Shown here piece after piece: positions 43,399 to 54,183 of a stretch of 64,000 nucleotides of DNA. Origin of the DNA: an uncultured Alphaproteobacteria bacterium. GTDB lineage: Bacteria > Pseudomonadota > Alphaproteobacteria > Rs-D84. The notes beneath the pieces are model-generated. The model was not told where the DNA came from, did no database searches, and saw only the letters and a list, made by a program, of their open reading frames with translations. Location of the stretch: the NCBI GenBank assembly GCA_934230415.1, contig CAKQEW010000004.1:1445-65444 (forward strand), in the 5' to 3' direction. The translations under genes and the position numbers were made by a program. Numbering within the stretch: position 1 is the stretch's first letter; every line of letters begins with the position of its first letter.

Positions 43399-44151
43399 AT
43401 GCATATGCCAGAGTTTATAAATTTGACGCCTGAAAATATCGCAGATGAACATTTATGCTGTATCATACGCAGTCGTACCAAACACCCGGGGGTTGAGGCA
43501 AAGCGTGCCTGGCTGCGCGATCGGTTGGCGGCGGGGCACGTGTTTTGCAAACTGAACGCGCGCGGAACATGTTTTATTGAATATGCGCCACTGGACACCG
43601 CGTGGACACCGATTATTGGGGACAACTGGTACTATATTTATTGCCTGTGGGTGTTGCCGCCGTTTCGTGGGCATGGGTATGCGCGCGAACTGTTGGAATA
43701 TTGCATTGCCGATGCGCGGGCGCACGGTGCGGCGGGCGTTTGTATGCTGGGTGCAGATCGCCAGCGCGCGTGGCTGTCTGACCAGAATTTCGCCCGTGCA
43801 AATGGGTTTAAAACCGTAGATACCACAAATAATGGGTATGAATTATTGGCACTGTCCTTTGATGGCAGTGCGCCACATTTCCCAGACGCGGTTAAAAATC
43901 CGGCGGTGGATTCAGATGAACTGACCATATTTTATGATGACCAGTGTCCGTATATGGCGCAAACAATTGATATGGTGCGCGAATATTGTGCCGCGCATAA
44001 TGTGCCGGTGAATTTGCATCATGTGGACACACTGGACGCGGCAAAATCGTTGCCATGTGTGTTTAATAATTTCGCGGTGTTTTATCATGGCCGGTTCCAG
44101 ACGGTGAATCTGTTGACGGCGGATGCATTGTCACGAATTTTATCAGAATAA
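43399..44151 (+). CDS. GNAT N-acetyltransferase with YoaP-like C-terminal domain
   Basis: LWVLPPFRGHGYARELLEYCIADAR (GNAT motif A); C-terminal FYDDQCPY...VFYHGRF (YoaP-like). Confidence 0.7.
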   Translation: MHMPEFINLTPENIADEHLCCIIRSRTKHPGVEAKRAWLRDRLAAGHVFCKLNARGTCFIEYAPLDTAWTPIIGDNWYYIYCLWVLPPFRGHGYARELLEYCIADARAHGAAGVCMLGADRQRAWLSDQNFARANGFKTVDTTNNGYELLALSFDGSAPHFPDAVKNPAVDSDELTIFYDDQCPYMAQTIDMVREYCAAHNVPVNLHHVDTLDAAKSLPCVFNNFAVFYHGRFQTVNLLTADALSRILSE

Positions 44152-44231
44152 AATACCAAATGTGTGAAAAAACGTGTTGACTTTATATTGCGATACTGCT
44201 ACTGTTCGCAGGATGCAATTAAGGTTGTAAT

Positions 44232-46004
44232 ATGCAGGATTTGCCACAAACCGTTTCTGTGTTTTATATTCGCAGGTTTTGGAGGTATGCAGGTTGTGTG
44301 GCGATTTTATTTTTACTGTTAACATTCATTGATTTGTTTGGTGTTGCACTGTTACCGTCGTTTTTCTTGCGGTATGTTGTTGGTGCGTTGGAAAATGCGC
44401 CCGCAGCATCGGCACTGCGGATTATTGTTCCGGTTGTTGTTGTGTGGTTGATTGTGCGCGGGGTAATGATTGGCGCGTCTGTATTGCGGTGGACTGTGTT
44501 TGATGGTTTTATCAAATATCGGACGAATAACAAGATATCCGCCGAATTATATGATTACGTGTTTCACCATAATATGGATTTCTATGCGAATTCAATGCCC
44601 GGAAAAATAGGCAGCCAGATAAACCAGGTTGCCGAAACATTCCCGGCGACAATATCGTTGTTGAGTGATGGGTTGGTATTGCTGACACTGTTTGTGGTGT
44701 CGTTTGTGGCGCTGTTCAGTATTGGGTGGCAATTTGCCGCATTGATTGTTGGCGTGATGGCGTTTCGTGTAATCTGGGGCGCGGTAACATATAAATATGC
44801 GATGCGTGCCGCGGCGGCGCGTGCCGGAGTTATGAATGCATTGCAGGGGCGCCTGTTGGATGCATTGTCAAATTTCCCGGTGGTAAAATTATTTGCACGT
44901 ACCCAGTATGAACAGCGCGCGGTTATGCCAGAACGCGCGGCGTTTGAGCGGGCGGGGCGATATGCAAATTACAAATCACGACTGTTCTGGGCACCGGGTA
45001 ATGTTGTTGTTGATTGGTTTGGGTTTGGAATGCTGATGTTGCTGTGTGGGTATATGTATGCGGCCGGCGCGGTTTCATTGGCAAATGTATCATTTGTATT
45101 GGCATTGTTTGACAGTCTGAGTGGTATGTCATTTAACCTGATTATGTTAATCAAAGAATTCGTGAATACGTGGGGCAATGCGGTTGGTTCATATAACGCG
45201 TTGGTTCAACCAATTGTGCTGCGTGACGCCCCAGATGCCACGGTATTGCACGTGCCACATGGTGATATTGAAATTCGCAATTTATCATTTAAGTATACCG
45301 ATAAAATGGTTCTGGAAAAACTGTCGCTGCATATTCGTGCGGGTGAACGTGTTGGCCTGGTCGGGTTCAGTGGCGCGGGCAAGACGACATTGGTTAATCT
45401 GATTATGCGCCTGTATGATCCAACAGACGGCGCAATCTTGATTGATGGCCGTGATATTCGCACGGTTACCCAGGATTCGTTGCATGAAAACATATCATTT
45501 ATTCCCCAAGAACCAACGATGTTTAACCGTACCATTGCCGATAACATTGCGTACGGTGCCCCTGGGGCGGATATGCGCCGGATTCGTGGCGCGGCACGTT
45601 TCGCGTCGGCCGATGAATTTATTATGCGTACCCCAGATAAATACCAGACGGTTGTCGGTGATCGTGGAATAAAACTGTCCGGGGGGCAGCGTCAGCGTAT
45701 CGCAATCGCACGTGCGTTATTGAAAAATGCGCCGATTTTGATTCTGGACGAGGCGACCGCCGCACTGGACAGTGAAACCGAGGCCACAATTCAGTCAAGT
45801 TTTGAAAAGTTAAGCCATAATCGCACAACGATTGTTATTGCGCACCGACTGTCAACACTGCGCAATATGGACAGAATTATCGTTTTGGATCATGGTCGTA
45901 TTTCAGAAATTGGAACACATCAACAACTGCTGCGCCGCAAGGACGGTATTTATAAACGCCTGTGGCAGATGCAGTCTGGTGGATTTGTCCCAGAAGACCA
46001 GTAG
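44232..46004 (+). CDS. ABC exporter, fused permease/ATPase (MsbA-like type)
   Basis: Six-TM N-domain. GFSGAGKTT, LSGGQRQRIAIARAL, ILILDEATAALD, IAHRLST. Confidence 0.9.
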   Translation: MQDLPQTVSVFYIRRFWRYAGCVAILFLLLTFIDLFGVALLPSFFLRYVVGALENAPAASALRIIVPVVVVWLIVRGVMIGASVLRWTVFDGFIKYRTNNKISAELYDYVFHHNMDFYANSMPGKIGSQINQVAETFPATISLLSDGLVLLTLFVVSFVALFSIGWQFAALIVGVMAFRVIWGAVTYKYAMRAAAARAGVMNALQGRLLDALSNFPVVKLFARTQYEQRAVMPERAAFERAGRYANYKSRLFWAPGNVVVDWFGFGMLMLLCGYMYAAGAVSLANVSFVLALFDSLSGMSFNLIMLIKEFVNTWGNAVGSYNALVQPIVLRDAPDATVLHVPHGDIEIRNLSFKYTDKMVLEKLSLHIRAGERVGLVGFSGAGKTTLVNLIMRLYDPTDGAILIDGRDIRTVTQDSLHENISFIPQEPTMFNRTIADNIAYGAPGADMRRIRGAARFASADEFIMRTPDKYQTVVGDRGIKLSGGQRQRIAIARALLKNAPILILDEATAALDSETEATIQSSFEKLSHNRTTIVIAHRLSTLRNMDRIIVLDHGRISEIGTHQQLLRRKDGIYKRLWQMQSGGFVPEDQ

Positions 46005-46074
46005 ACACTACTTATCATGGTACGCCCAGAATGTAGTGTTCTGGGTGTTATTTTTTAACCCAAGGAGGTAAGCT

Positions 46075-47343
46075 ATGTCGCACTTTGTCGCGGGGATTGA
46101 TTTCGGAACAACAAATACATCGGCGGCGATATCAAATGGGGGCGTCCCCCGTATGGTTGACGCGGAATCAGGACACGATACAATTCCAACCGCACTGTTT
46201 TTCCCGAATGCAACAATGGATGTTTTTTGCGGGCGCGCGGCCATTGCCCAGTATCGCGATGGCGATATTGCTGGCCGATTTATGCGCAGTATAAAACGCA
46301 TCCTGGGGACAGATTTAATGCGCGGTACCACGGTTGTTGGTGGGCGCGTGGTGAAATATACAGATATCGTCACGCACTTTATGCGATATATGAAATCGCG
46401 CATTGATGCGGCGGCTGGCACATCGGTGGACAGTGTGATTATCGGTCGGCCGGTGCATTTTCGTGATGATGACGCGGCGGGTGATGCACGTGCGCAATCA
46501 GAACTGGAACAGATTGCCATGGCGGCCGGATTCAAAAACATTGGTTTTCAGTTTGAACCAATCGCCGCGGCGTTCGCGCACGAACAGAATTTAAGCACGG
46601 ATAAATTGGCATTTGTTGTGGACGTTGGTGGTGGGACATCTGACTTTACGGTGATGCGCCTGTCGCCATCACGGCGGGATTTGCCCGATCGTTCAAATGA
46701 CATATTGGCAAACACCGGGGTGCGAATTGGTGGCAACGATTTTGACAAGGATTTATCCCTGGCGTCATTTATGCCATTGTACGGCATGGGCGGCCAGTAT
46801 CGTTCGGGTGATAAAGTACTGGATATCCCGTCCAGTATGTATATCAGCCTGTCCACATGGTCGGCGGTGAACACGGTGTATAATTACAATGCGTTAAACA
46901 TGGCGCGCGGATATGTTGTATGGGGATGCGACCCTGTGCGAACGGCACGCCTGTACCAGATTATTGAAAATCGCCTGGGGCACATTAACCTGGACGCGGT
47001 TGAAGATACCAAGATGCGTCTGTCGGGGGCAAATTCGGTTCAGACGAAATTGAACTTTTTATCAGATGCACCAATACTGGATACCGCACGCGATACATTT
47101 GAACGTGCAATCGTGACCGATGTCCAGAAAATGTGGTCGGCGGTGGACGCATGTCTGACCGCGGCAGGGGTCCAGAACACAGATATTGGGTTGATTGTCC
47201 TGACCGGGGGATCAACTGAAATTCCGTATATCGCGAATATGGTGCGGGCGGCGTTCCCAAATGCTGAAATTTCATCTGGTAATAAATTGGCCAGTGTTGG
47301 TCTGGGGTTGGCATATGATGCGCGGCGACGTTTCCTGGGCTGA
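46075..47343 (+). CDS. Hsp70-family protein, YegD-like
   Basis: GIDFGTTNT, VVDVGGGTSDF, LTGGSTEIP. About 420 aa without a substrate-binding domain. Confidence 0.8.
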   Translation: MSHFVAGIDFGTTNTSAAISNGGVPRMVDAESGHDTIPTALFFPNATMDVFCGRAAIAQYRDGDIAGRFMRSIKRILGTDLMRGTTVVGGRVVKYTDIVTHFMRYMKSRIDAAAGTSVDSVIIGRPVHFRDDDAAGDARAQSELEQIAMAAGFKNIGFQFEPIAAAFAHEQNLSTDKLAFVVDVGGGTSDFTVMRLSPSRRDLPDRSNDILANTGVRIGGNDFDKDLSLASFMPLYGMGGQYRSGDKVLDIPSSMYISLSTWSAVNTVYNYNALNMARGYVVWGCDPVRTARLYQIIENRLGHINLDAVEDTKMRLSGANSVQTKLNFLSDAPILDTARDTFERAIVTDVQKMWSAVDACLTAAGVQNTDIGLIVLTGGSTEIPYIANMVRAAFPNAEISSGNKLASVGLGLAYDARRRFLG

Positions 47344-47357
47344 CCACGACGGGGCAT

Positions 47358-48869
47358 TTGCCGGTTGATTTTATTCCTGTTTTATATAACACTGAAAATA
47401 TCGTTATACACCAACAAAGGAATATATCCGTGCCAGAATGCACACATAAACATCGGCCGACGATAAAAAAGACACTGGTGGTGTGGTTGTCGTTCATGCT
47501 GATATTGTTATTGATTTGCAGCATTAAATGGATTACGAAAAATTTTAATCGTATTAATTATGATGAAATCATGCTGGTTCTGGACATCGGAATGCACGGT
47601 GTTGACAGTGGTTTAATGTGGTCGTTTATTAAAAAGGTTATCCTGCGTGCGCTGCTGTTTTCTGGGCTGATGGGGGGGGGCTACTATATCTTGCGCCCGC
47701 GCGTACCGTGCGTTGTACTGGTGTTTTATGGGGTGCTGGGGGTGTTGTTGGGTTACCGTGTGTGTACGGCCAACCTGCAGGCGGGCAGTCTGTTTGCATA
47801 TCACAATTCTGATTTTTATGAACAAGAATATGTTGTACCTGATTCTGTGGATATAAAATTCCCGCACCGGAATAATGTGTTGGTGATTGCGCTGGAAAGT
47901 ATGGAAAAATCATATATGAACCAGGAACTGTTTGGCGCGCCCGGTCTGATACCAAACCTGGATCGGTTGGAACGTGAAAATATGTCGTTTGAAAACTATA
48001 CGGCGATATCGGGACTGTCGCATACGATTGCGGCAATCACAGGTATGGTTGCCGGACTGCCATTGTTTTATACGGGATATTCTGGGATTGAAAAAATGCG
48101 TGGCGCCACAGGAATTGGAACGGTCTTTGCGCGTGCCGGGTACCAGACGTGGGCGATGTTCCCGGCCAGTGGTAACTTCTCGCTGAAAACAAAATTCATG
48201 CACAACATGGGAATGCAAAACGTGTGGGACGGTGAATACATTGCGGAAATGTTGCCGGAAAAACCCGCGGTACAACCATTTGATGGGGTTGACGATTATA
48301 CCCTGTTTATGGCAACGCGTCCGAAAATCCAGGAAATTATTAAATCAGGCCGACCATATTTCCTGTTTATGGAAACGGTCAACACGCATTGCGAAGGATA
48401 CTTTACCCCCGCGTGTCGTGATATGGGATTCGCCCAAGAAACGATGGAGGATATCGCCCGGTGCGACGATAAAATTATTTCTGATTTTGTTCATTGGTTC
48501 CGTGCCCAGGATCCGAATGCGGTTGTCATATTGCTGGACGACCATGGCCAGCATGCCGGGGAAATTATGGATAAATTACGTCGTGTGTCCCATCGCCCGT
48601 TGACGAATGTATTTATAAATGCGCGTGCCATGCGTGGCGTTGATGTTAATCGTCCGGTGTCCGCGATGGATTGGTTCCCAACGATTATAGAGGCCGCCGG
48701 TGGTATCATACCAAATTGCCGACTGGGGATGGGTACGGCAATGACCGCGCGATGCCGTGATGTTCAAACGTTGCGTGAAAAATATGGCGATGACGCATTG
48801 GAAAGTGAAATGGAACAACCGAACAAATTATACAAACAACTGGTTGTGGGGAAAACAGATGAAAAGTAA
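47358..48869 (+). CDS. Sulfatase-family membrane transferase (LTA synthase / OpgB-like); start uncertain
   Basis: N-terminal TM segments followed by a sulfatase-like domain (VLVIALESMEKSYM...). The listed start is a TTG. Contains a G9 tract at 47672-47680. Confidence 0.7.
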   Translation: MPVDFIPVLYNTENIVIHQQRNISVPECTHKHRPTIKKTLVVWLSFMLILLLICSIKWITKNFNRINYDEIMLVLDIGMHGVDSGLMWSFIKKVILRALLFSGLMGGGYYILRPRVPCVVLVFYGVLGVLLGYRVCTANLQAGSLFAYHNSDFYEQEYVVPDSVDIKFPHRNNVLVIALESMEKSYMNQELFGAPGLIPNLDRLERENMSFENYTAISGLSHTIAAITGMVAGLPLFYTGYSGIEKMRGATGIGTVFARAGYQTWAMFPASGNFSLKTKFMHNMGMQNVWDGEYIAEMLPEKPAVQPFDGVDDYTLFMATRPKIQEIIKSGRPYFLFMETVNTHCEGYFTPACRDMGFAQETMEDIARCDDKIISDFVHWFRAQDPNAVVILLDDHGQHAGEIMDKLRRVSHRPLTNVFINARAMRGVDVNRPVSAMDWFPTIIEAAGGIIPNCRLGMGTAMTARCRDVQTLREKYGDDALESEMEQPNKLYKQLVVGKTDEK

Positions 48870-49215
48870 TTATACTGGCATTGCCAGAATATTTCGGGCA
48901 TTTGGCAATTCATGGGCGGGGGCGCGGTCTGCGTTCCAGAACGAGGCCGCATTTCGCCAGGATATACTGGTATTTATCATTGGTACAATTGTATTGTTAA
49001 TGTTGCCAGTCATGTGGTGGCGGCGTGCGCTGATGTTTGCCAGTTTGATATTTATACTGATTGCGGAATTAATAAACACCGCCATTGAAAACACCATTGA
49101 CCGAATTGGCCCAGAATATCACGAATTATCCAAGCGTGCCAAGGATATTGGCAGTGCGGTCGTATTGTTGGCATTTGTGTGCGCAATTGTTGTGTGGGTG
49201 GGAATGTTGGTCTAA
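48859..49215 (+). CDS. dgkA: Diacylglycerol kinase
   Basis: FRAFGNSWAGARSAFQNEAAFRQ, ELINTAIENTIDRIG, KDIGSAAV-type motif. The start overlaps the upstream stop. Confidence 0.85.
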   Translation: MKSNYTGIARIFRAFGNSWAGARSAFQNEAAFRQDILVFIIGTIVLLMLPVMWWRRALMFASLIFILIAELINTAIENTIDRIGPEYHELSKRAKDIGSAVVLLAFVCAIVVWVGMLV

Positions 49216-49276
49216 AATACCCATTGCAAATATACCGAATGTTTTATAATAATTACCCTCACAGGAGATAAATATT

Positions 49277-51919
49277 ATGGAACTTTCGGGACTGTCGGAT
49301 TCTGATGTAATAGCCAGCCGACAACGATATGGCAAAAATGTTCTGCCGGAACCCAGGTTGAAAACATGGTTTCAATTTCTGGGTGATACATTCAAAGACA
49401 AACTGAATTTGATACTATTGGTGTTGTGGGGTCTGTTTGTTGTGTTGTCATTTTTGGGATTTGACAATGTAACAGAGGTTATCGGTATCGGTCTGATTTT
49501 GGTCATAATCAGTGTGATAAACACAATTACCGGGCTAAAGAGTCAGCGGTTCGCCAACGATTTGCGACGCCAGAATTCGGTGCACTATGTTAACGTGATT
49601 CGCAATGGACAAAAATCCAGAATCCTGTCGTCTGATATTGTTGTTGGGGATTTTGTTTCATTGGCCGCCGGTGATGGAATATATGCCGATGGATACCTGG
49701 TTGATGGGCAAATTTCTGTGGATAATTCGGCGTTAAACGGTGAATCAGCCAGTGCACCAAAGGTCGCATGGCGCGCGTCGCGCCCGCCGTTTGAAATTGG
49801 TGTGCATCGCACGGTGTCTGGGGATGATTTCACAGATGAATCCAGTCTGTTTGCCGCCACAATGGTGACGTCTGGCGTTGGAATAATGCGGGTCAGCAAT
49901 GTTGGCACCGCCACAGAAAACGCCGCTGGAATTATCCTGATGCAGGATATTGTCCCCGAAAAAACATCATTACAGATGCAACTGGATGACCTGGCCCAGA
50001 AAATCAGTATATTTGGTTTTGTTGGCGCGGCGATTATTGCGGTAATCCTGCTGGGGGCGGATGTTTGGACGGCCGGCGGAATGACGGCATATTTGGCGGG
50101 TGGGGGACTGGCGATATTTCGCGATGTGTGCACCGTTTTGACCACGGCGTTTGTTATTATAATTGCCGCCGTACCCGAAGGTTTGCCATTGATTATTTCA
50201 TTGGTTACGTCACAAAACGCGGGACGCATGGCGCGGGCAAATATATTGGCAAAAAATCCTGCCAAGATACCCGAGGCCGGCAATATCCAATTGCTGTGTA
50301 CTGATAAGACAGGGACACTGACATATGGAAATATGGTTGTGGCGGATGTGTTTCGTGGTGATGGTGGCGTGTTGGATATGGCGCGTGGGACTACAAAATT
50401 GTGTCATTTATTACAGAACGCAATCGTGGCGACAAATGGCGCAGAATACATGGGTCGTGAAATCCGGGGTGGAAACAGCACCGATCGCGCATTGCTGGCA
50501 TTGATACCGGGTGCGCAGTATTCCCAAATCCTGGCAAAATTGCGCATCAAACATAAATTGCCATTTGACAGTGCGTATAAATTCACCGCGGCCAATGTGG
50601 CGGGAAATATGGCGTTTTTCACCGGCGCCCCCGAACGCATTTTGGAACGTGTCACGTCATATGCCGATGATATGGGAAATCCTCAGCCCATTTCACGGCG
50701 CGTAATAAATAAAATCCTGGCCACGTCGGCGCGCGCCGCCAAACGTGTGTTGGCAATTGCGTATTGCGATGGCGCGGGGCGGGCACCGGCGGGTGAATTA
50801 CCGCCTGATTTGGTCCTGGGGGCGTTGGTAACAATTCATGATGGTGTCCGACCAGAGGTCCCGCACGCCGTCGCGCAAATACAACATGCCGGGGTCCAGG
50901 TAATGATGATAACGGGCGATAACCTGGAAACCGCGATTGCGGTTGCGCGCGATGCAGGAATTGTATCTGGGGACGCGGATGTGTGTATTAATGCGGTGGA
51001 ACTGGAACAAAAATCAGACAGTGCACTGATGCGGTTGTTACCAAAATTGCGCGTTGTGGCGCGTGCGACCCCGACAACAAAATTGCGGATTGTTAAAATA
51101 TCCCAGAAATTGCACCTGTGTTGTGGAATGTGTGGTGATGGTACAAATGATGCGCCGGCACTGAAAAAGGCGGACGTTGGGTATGCCATGGGCAATGGCA
51201 CCGATGTGACCAAGGACGCCGCCGATATCATCATCACAGACAGTAATTTTGTGTCAATTGTAAAATCTGTATTACTGGGGCGCACGTTTATGCATAACAT
51301 AACAATGTTCTTGCGTTTTCAGTTGCCGATAAATTTCACATTGGTGTTATTAAGTGTGATATTCCCATTGGTCTGGGCGGTGCCAGCATTGGTCGCCAGC
51401 CAGATTTTGATTGTGAATATCCTGATGGACAGCTTGAACAGCCTGGCGTTTGGTGGCGAACCGGAAAAACCAGAATACTTTGATGTGCCACCGGTGCCAA
51501 AGGGAACGCCGATGTTAACCCATGCAATTAAATGGGAAATTGTTGGATACACGACGGTGTTTATGTCGCTGTTTGCGGGATTGTGGCTGATGCATCGCGG
51601 GGGCGTCTTTGCCGATGGTCAGTATATGACGGCGCGTTTCATATTGTTGGTCTGGGTCGCAATGCTGAATGGATTTAATATCAGAACGACGCGGCTAAAT
51701 CTGTTCGCGGGACTGGGGCAAAATATGCGATTTGTTTATATTGCGGCAATGGTGCTTGTTGGCGTGTTTATTCTGGTTCAATACGATGGCATTGTGTTCA
51801 ATACCGTGCCATTGAATGTTGCCCAGTGGTGTGCGGTTTTATTACTGGCCACCATGGTGATTCCAATCGGAATACTGGGAAAAATATTGTTTGCAAACCG
51901 TCAAAAACAGATATACTGA
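49277..51919 (+). CDS. Cation-transporting P-type ATPase (Ca2+/Mg2+ type, P2)
   Basis: CTDKTGTLT, MITGDN, GDGTNDAPALKKADVG, PEGLP. Confidence 0.9.
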   Translation: MELSGLSDSDVIASRQRYGKNVLPEPRLKTWFQFLGDTFKDKLNLILLVLWGLFVVLSFLGFDNVTEVIGIGLILVIISVINTITGLKSQRFANDLRRQNSVHYVNVIRNGQKSRILSSDIVVGDFVSLAAGDGIYADGYLVDGQISVDNSALNGESASAPKVAWRASRPPFEIGVHRTVSGDDFTDESSLFAATMVTSGVGIMRVSNVGTATENAAGIILMQDIVPEKTSLQMQLDDLAQKISIFGFVGAAIIAVILLGADVWTAGGMTAYLAGGGLAIFRDVCTVLTTAFVIIIAAVPEGLPLIISLVTSQNAGRMARANILAKNPAKIPEAGNIQLLCTDKTGTLTYGNMVVADVFRGDGGVLDMARGTTKLCHLLQNAIVATNGAEYMGREIRGGNSTDRALLALIPGAQYSQILAKLRIKHKLPFDSAYKFTAANVAGNMAFFTGAPERILERVTSYADDMGNPQPISRRVINKILATSARAAKRVLAIAYCDGAGRAPAGELPPDLVLGALVTIHDGVRPEVPHAVAQIQHAGVQVMMITGDNLETAIAVARDAGIVSGDADVCINAVELEQKSDSALMRLLPKLRVVARATPTTKLRIVKISQKLHLCCGMCGDGTNDAPALKKADVGYAMGNGTDVTKDAADIIITDSNFVSIVKSVLLGRTFMHNITMFLRFQLPINFTLVLLSVIFPLVWAVPALVASQILIVNILMDSLNSLAFGGEPEKPEYFDVPPVPKGTPMLTHAIKWEIVGYTTVFMSLFAGLWLMHRGGVFADGQYMTARFILLVWVAMLNGFNIRTTRLNLFAGLGQNMRFVYIAAMVLVGVFILVQYDGIVFNTVPLNVAQWCAVLLLATMVIPIGILGKILFANRQKQIY

Positions 51920-51923
51920 ATAT

Positions 51924-52622
51924 ATGCAAAAATATATTGATGCACATTGTCATTATACAACGCCGATGCTGCCGGTTATGGGGGCGGTGTTTAATTCTGC
52001 AACAATGCGGGATTGGGTGCGCGCGGATGATGCGCCATATGCGGGCGCAATTGGGATTCATCCGTGGTACCTGGATGAATTGGCGCCCGATTGGGATGCC
52101 CAGATGGCCCAGTTGCTGCGTGCAAATCCTGATTTAATGGTTGGTGAAATCGGACTGGATGTGGCGCGTGGTGACATTACCCGCCAGATTCCGGTGTTCG
52201 TTCGCCAGATGGCGCTGGCGCATGAATTCGGGCGTGTGGCACATATTCACTGTGTGCGCGCGTGGAATCGGATGTTGCATGTCCTGGCGGCGGGTAAATT
52301 GCCCCCGGCGATTGTTTTTCATAGTTTTCGGGGCAATGCTGAAATTGCGGGTGCCATATTGCAACATACAAATGCGTATTTTTCGTTCGGCCCCATGTGT
52401 GATGCGCGGTCGGTATGCGGGGTGGATATGGAACGGATACTGGTTGAATCAGATGCTGCCGCGCCTGGGGCGGCGGCGGACGCGTTGTCACGTGCGGTTT
52501 CGCGAATTGCCGAATTTCGCCATATGACACCGGAATCCGTATCCGAAATAATTTATAACAATACAATGGGAATAATACAAAATGCCAGACAGATTACACA
52601 GAACACGCCTGTTGTTGGGTGA
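51924..52622 (+). CDS. TatD-family metal-dependent hydrolase
   Basis: IDAHCHY, GEIGLD, HIHCVRA, FHSFRG, ESDAA. Confidence 0.8.
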   Translation: MQKYIDAHCHYTTPMLPVMGAVFNSATMRDWVRADDAPYAGAIGIHPWYLDELAPDWDAQMAQLLRANPDLMVGEIGLDVARGDITRQIPVFVRQMALAHEFGRVAHIHCVRAWNRMLHVLAAGKLPPAIVFHSFRGNAEIAGAILQHTNAYFSFGPMCDARSVCGVDMERILVESDAAAPGAAADALSRAVSRIAEFRHMTPESVSEIIYNNTMGIIQNARQITQNTPVVG

Positions 52623-53259
52623 TGAAAATATTGCGCGGTTGCGTGCATCAACCGTCATGGTTGTTGGATGTGGCGCGGTCGGGTCGTTCGCAATAGAGGC
52701 CCTGGCGCGCAGTGGTGTCGGCCACATAATTGTTGTTGATTTTGACCGGGTTGAAGAATCAAATATTAATCGCCAATTGTTCGCACTGGAATCAACCATC
52801 GGCATGCCCAAGGTGGCGGTTGCCGCCGCGCGGATTCACGATATTAACCCGGACACGGTTGTGGATACATATGACATGTTTTTTGATGATGCACATGCGC
52901 CCGATGTTATGCCTGATTTTGTAATTGATGCAATTGATTCTGTGTCATCAAAAATCGCACTGGCCACATGGTGCCAGGCGCGCAATATCCCATTTATCGC
53001 CAGTATGGGCGCCGCGCGCAAAACAGACGCTACACAAATCAGGGTGGGGCGCCTGTCAAAAACCAGCGTGTGTCCATTGGCGGCCAAGATTCGCCGTCTG
53101 GCACGTGATACCGGCCTGCGTGATTTTCCGGTTGTGTATTCAACCGAACCCGCCAATCCGAACGTTGCGCCAAATCATACATTTGGTTCAATCATAACAA
53201 TTACCGGCACATTTGGCCTGTGGTGTGCGAATGCCGCCATACAACACATTATTAAATAA
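52582..53259 (+). CDS. tcdA: tRNA threonylcarbamoyladenosine dehydratase (ThiF/E1-like)
   Basis: VMVVGCGAVGSFAIEALARSGVGHIIVVDFDRVEESNINRQ and SVCPLAAKIRR. Confidence 0.8.
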   Translation: MPDRLHRTRLLLGDENIARLRASTVMVVGCGAVGSFAIEALARSGVGHIIVVDFDRVEESNINRQLFALESTIGMPKVAVAAARIHDINPDTVVDTYDMFFDDAHAPDVMPDFVIDAIDSVSSKIALATWCQARNIPFIASMGAARKTDATQIRVGRLSKTSVCPLAAKIRRLARDTGLRDFPVVYSTEPANPNVAPNHTFGSIITITGTFGLWCANAAIQHIIK

Positions 53260-53412
53260 TTGCGAAAAGCGCGGCAATATGTACATGTGTATGTGTCGCA
53301 AAGGTATAAAATCCGTGGTAAAGAACGTTTTCCTAAAACACATAAACGCGTTGCGTGTGTGTTATGCCATGCGTTATAATATGCGTGTCTGATACAGACA
53401 CAGTCAAACCTG

Positions 53413-53643
53413 ATGCAAAAGGAGAAAAAGATGAGAGGACTGACAAACTATGTGTTTAAACCACTGACGTTCATCGGCGCCCTGAACTGGGGACTGATTG
53501 GGCTGTTTGGATTTGATTTGGTCGCGTGGATATTCGGCACCGCCACAATCGCCAGCAGCATTGTGTACAGCATAATCGGTATTTCAGCCTTGATTTGGTT
53601 GATTTGGATTTTTGTTGACCAGCCTGTGCACAACGAACGTTAA
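53413..53643 (+). CDS. DUF378 small membrane protein
   Basis: IGALNWGLIGLFGFDLVA...IVYSIIGISAL signature; AAGGAGAAAAAG RBS. Confidence 0.7.
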   Translation: MQKEKKMRGLTNYVFKPLTFIGALNWGLIGLFGFDLVAWIFGTATIASSIVYSIIGISALIWLIWIFVDQPVHNER

Positions 53644-53693
53644 CGCACATTGTACAGTTTTCATGTCATTTTCGCCCCACGCTGGGGCGTTTT

Positions 53694-54035
53694 TTATTTT
53701 TCGTTCATTGTTTCCAATGCACGAATAACAATGTCGCGTTCAGATTTCTTTAATTTCCATGTGTCCAACGCATGCTGGAATAGTTCGGTTTTGTGGGTCG
53801 CAAATTCATCAGGCATCATGTCGCCCTTGATGGAATTACATATCTGGTGTGCCGGGAACAAGTTTTCGCGAAAATCCGTGCCACCGTGCATTTTCGGTAT
53901 GTGGTGGTCAATGGACATTTTCTGCTTGCGCAATATTGGGTTGCCACAAATGTTACAGTATACGTCGTCGCACAGTAATAATTCAAATTTCAGCGTAATG
54001 GTGATTTTATGTGTTTCTGTGCGTTCGCGTTCCAT
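53694..54035 (-). CDS. HNH endonuclease (113 aa)
   Basis: CNICGNP...SIDHHIPKMHGGTDFRENLFPAHQICNSIKGD is an HNH (His-Asn-His) motif with a Cys pair. Confidence 0.8.
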   Translation of the reverse strand: MERERTETHKITITLKFELLLCDDVYCNICGNPILRKQKMSIDHHIPKMHGGTDFRENLFPAHQICNSIKGDMMPDEFATHKTELFQHALDTWKLKKSERDIVIRALETMNEK

Positions 54036-54183
54036 TTTGCCCCCAAATGTTATTATACATTGATAATACTAGTCGTTTTGGGACGCAATTGTCAACTGGT
54101 TTTGTATCATATTTGTGTTTAATATATTGACAAATAAAATATTTGTATTATTTTTATTGTCGTAAATAACAGGAACGTATCAA

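Noticed and set aside
49585-50283. 232-aa minus-strand ORF
   Set aside because: It lies entirely antisense within the well-supported P-type ATPase gene.
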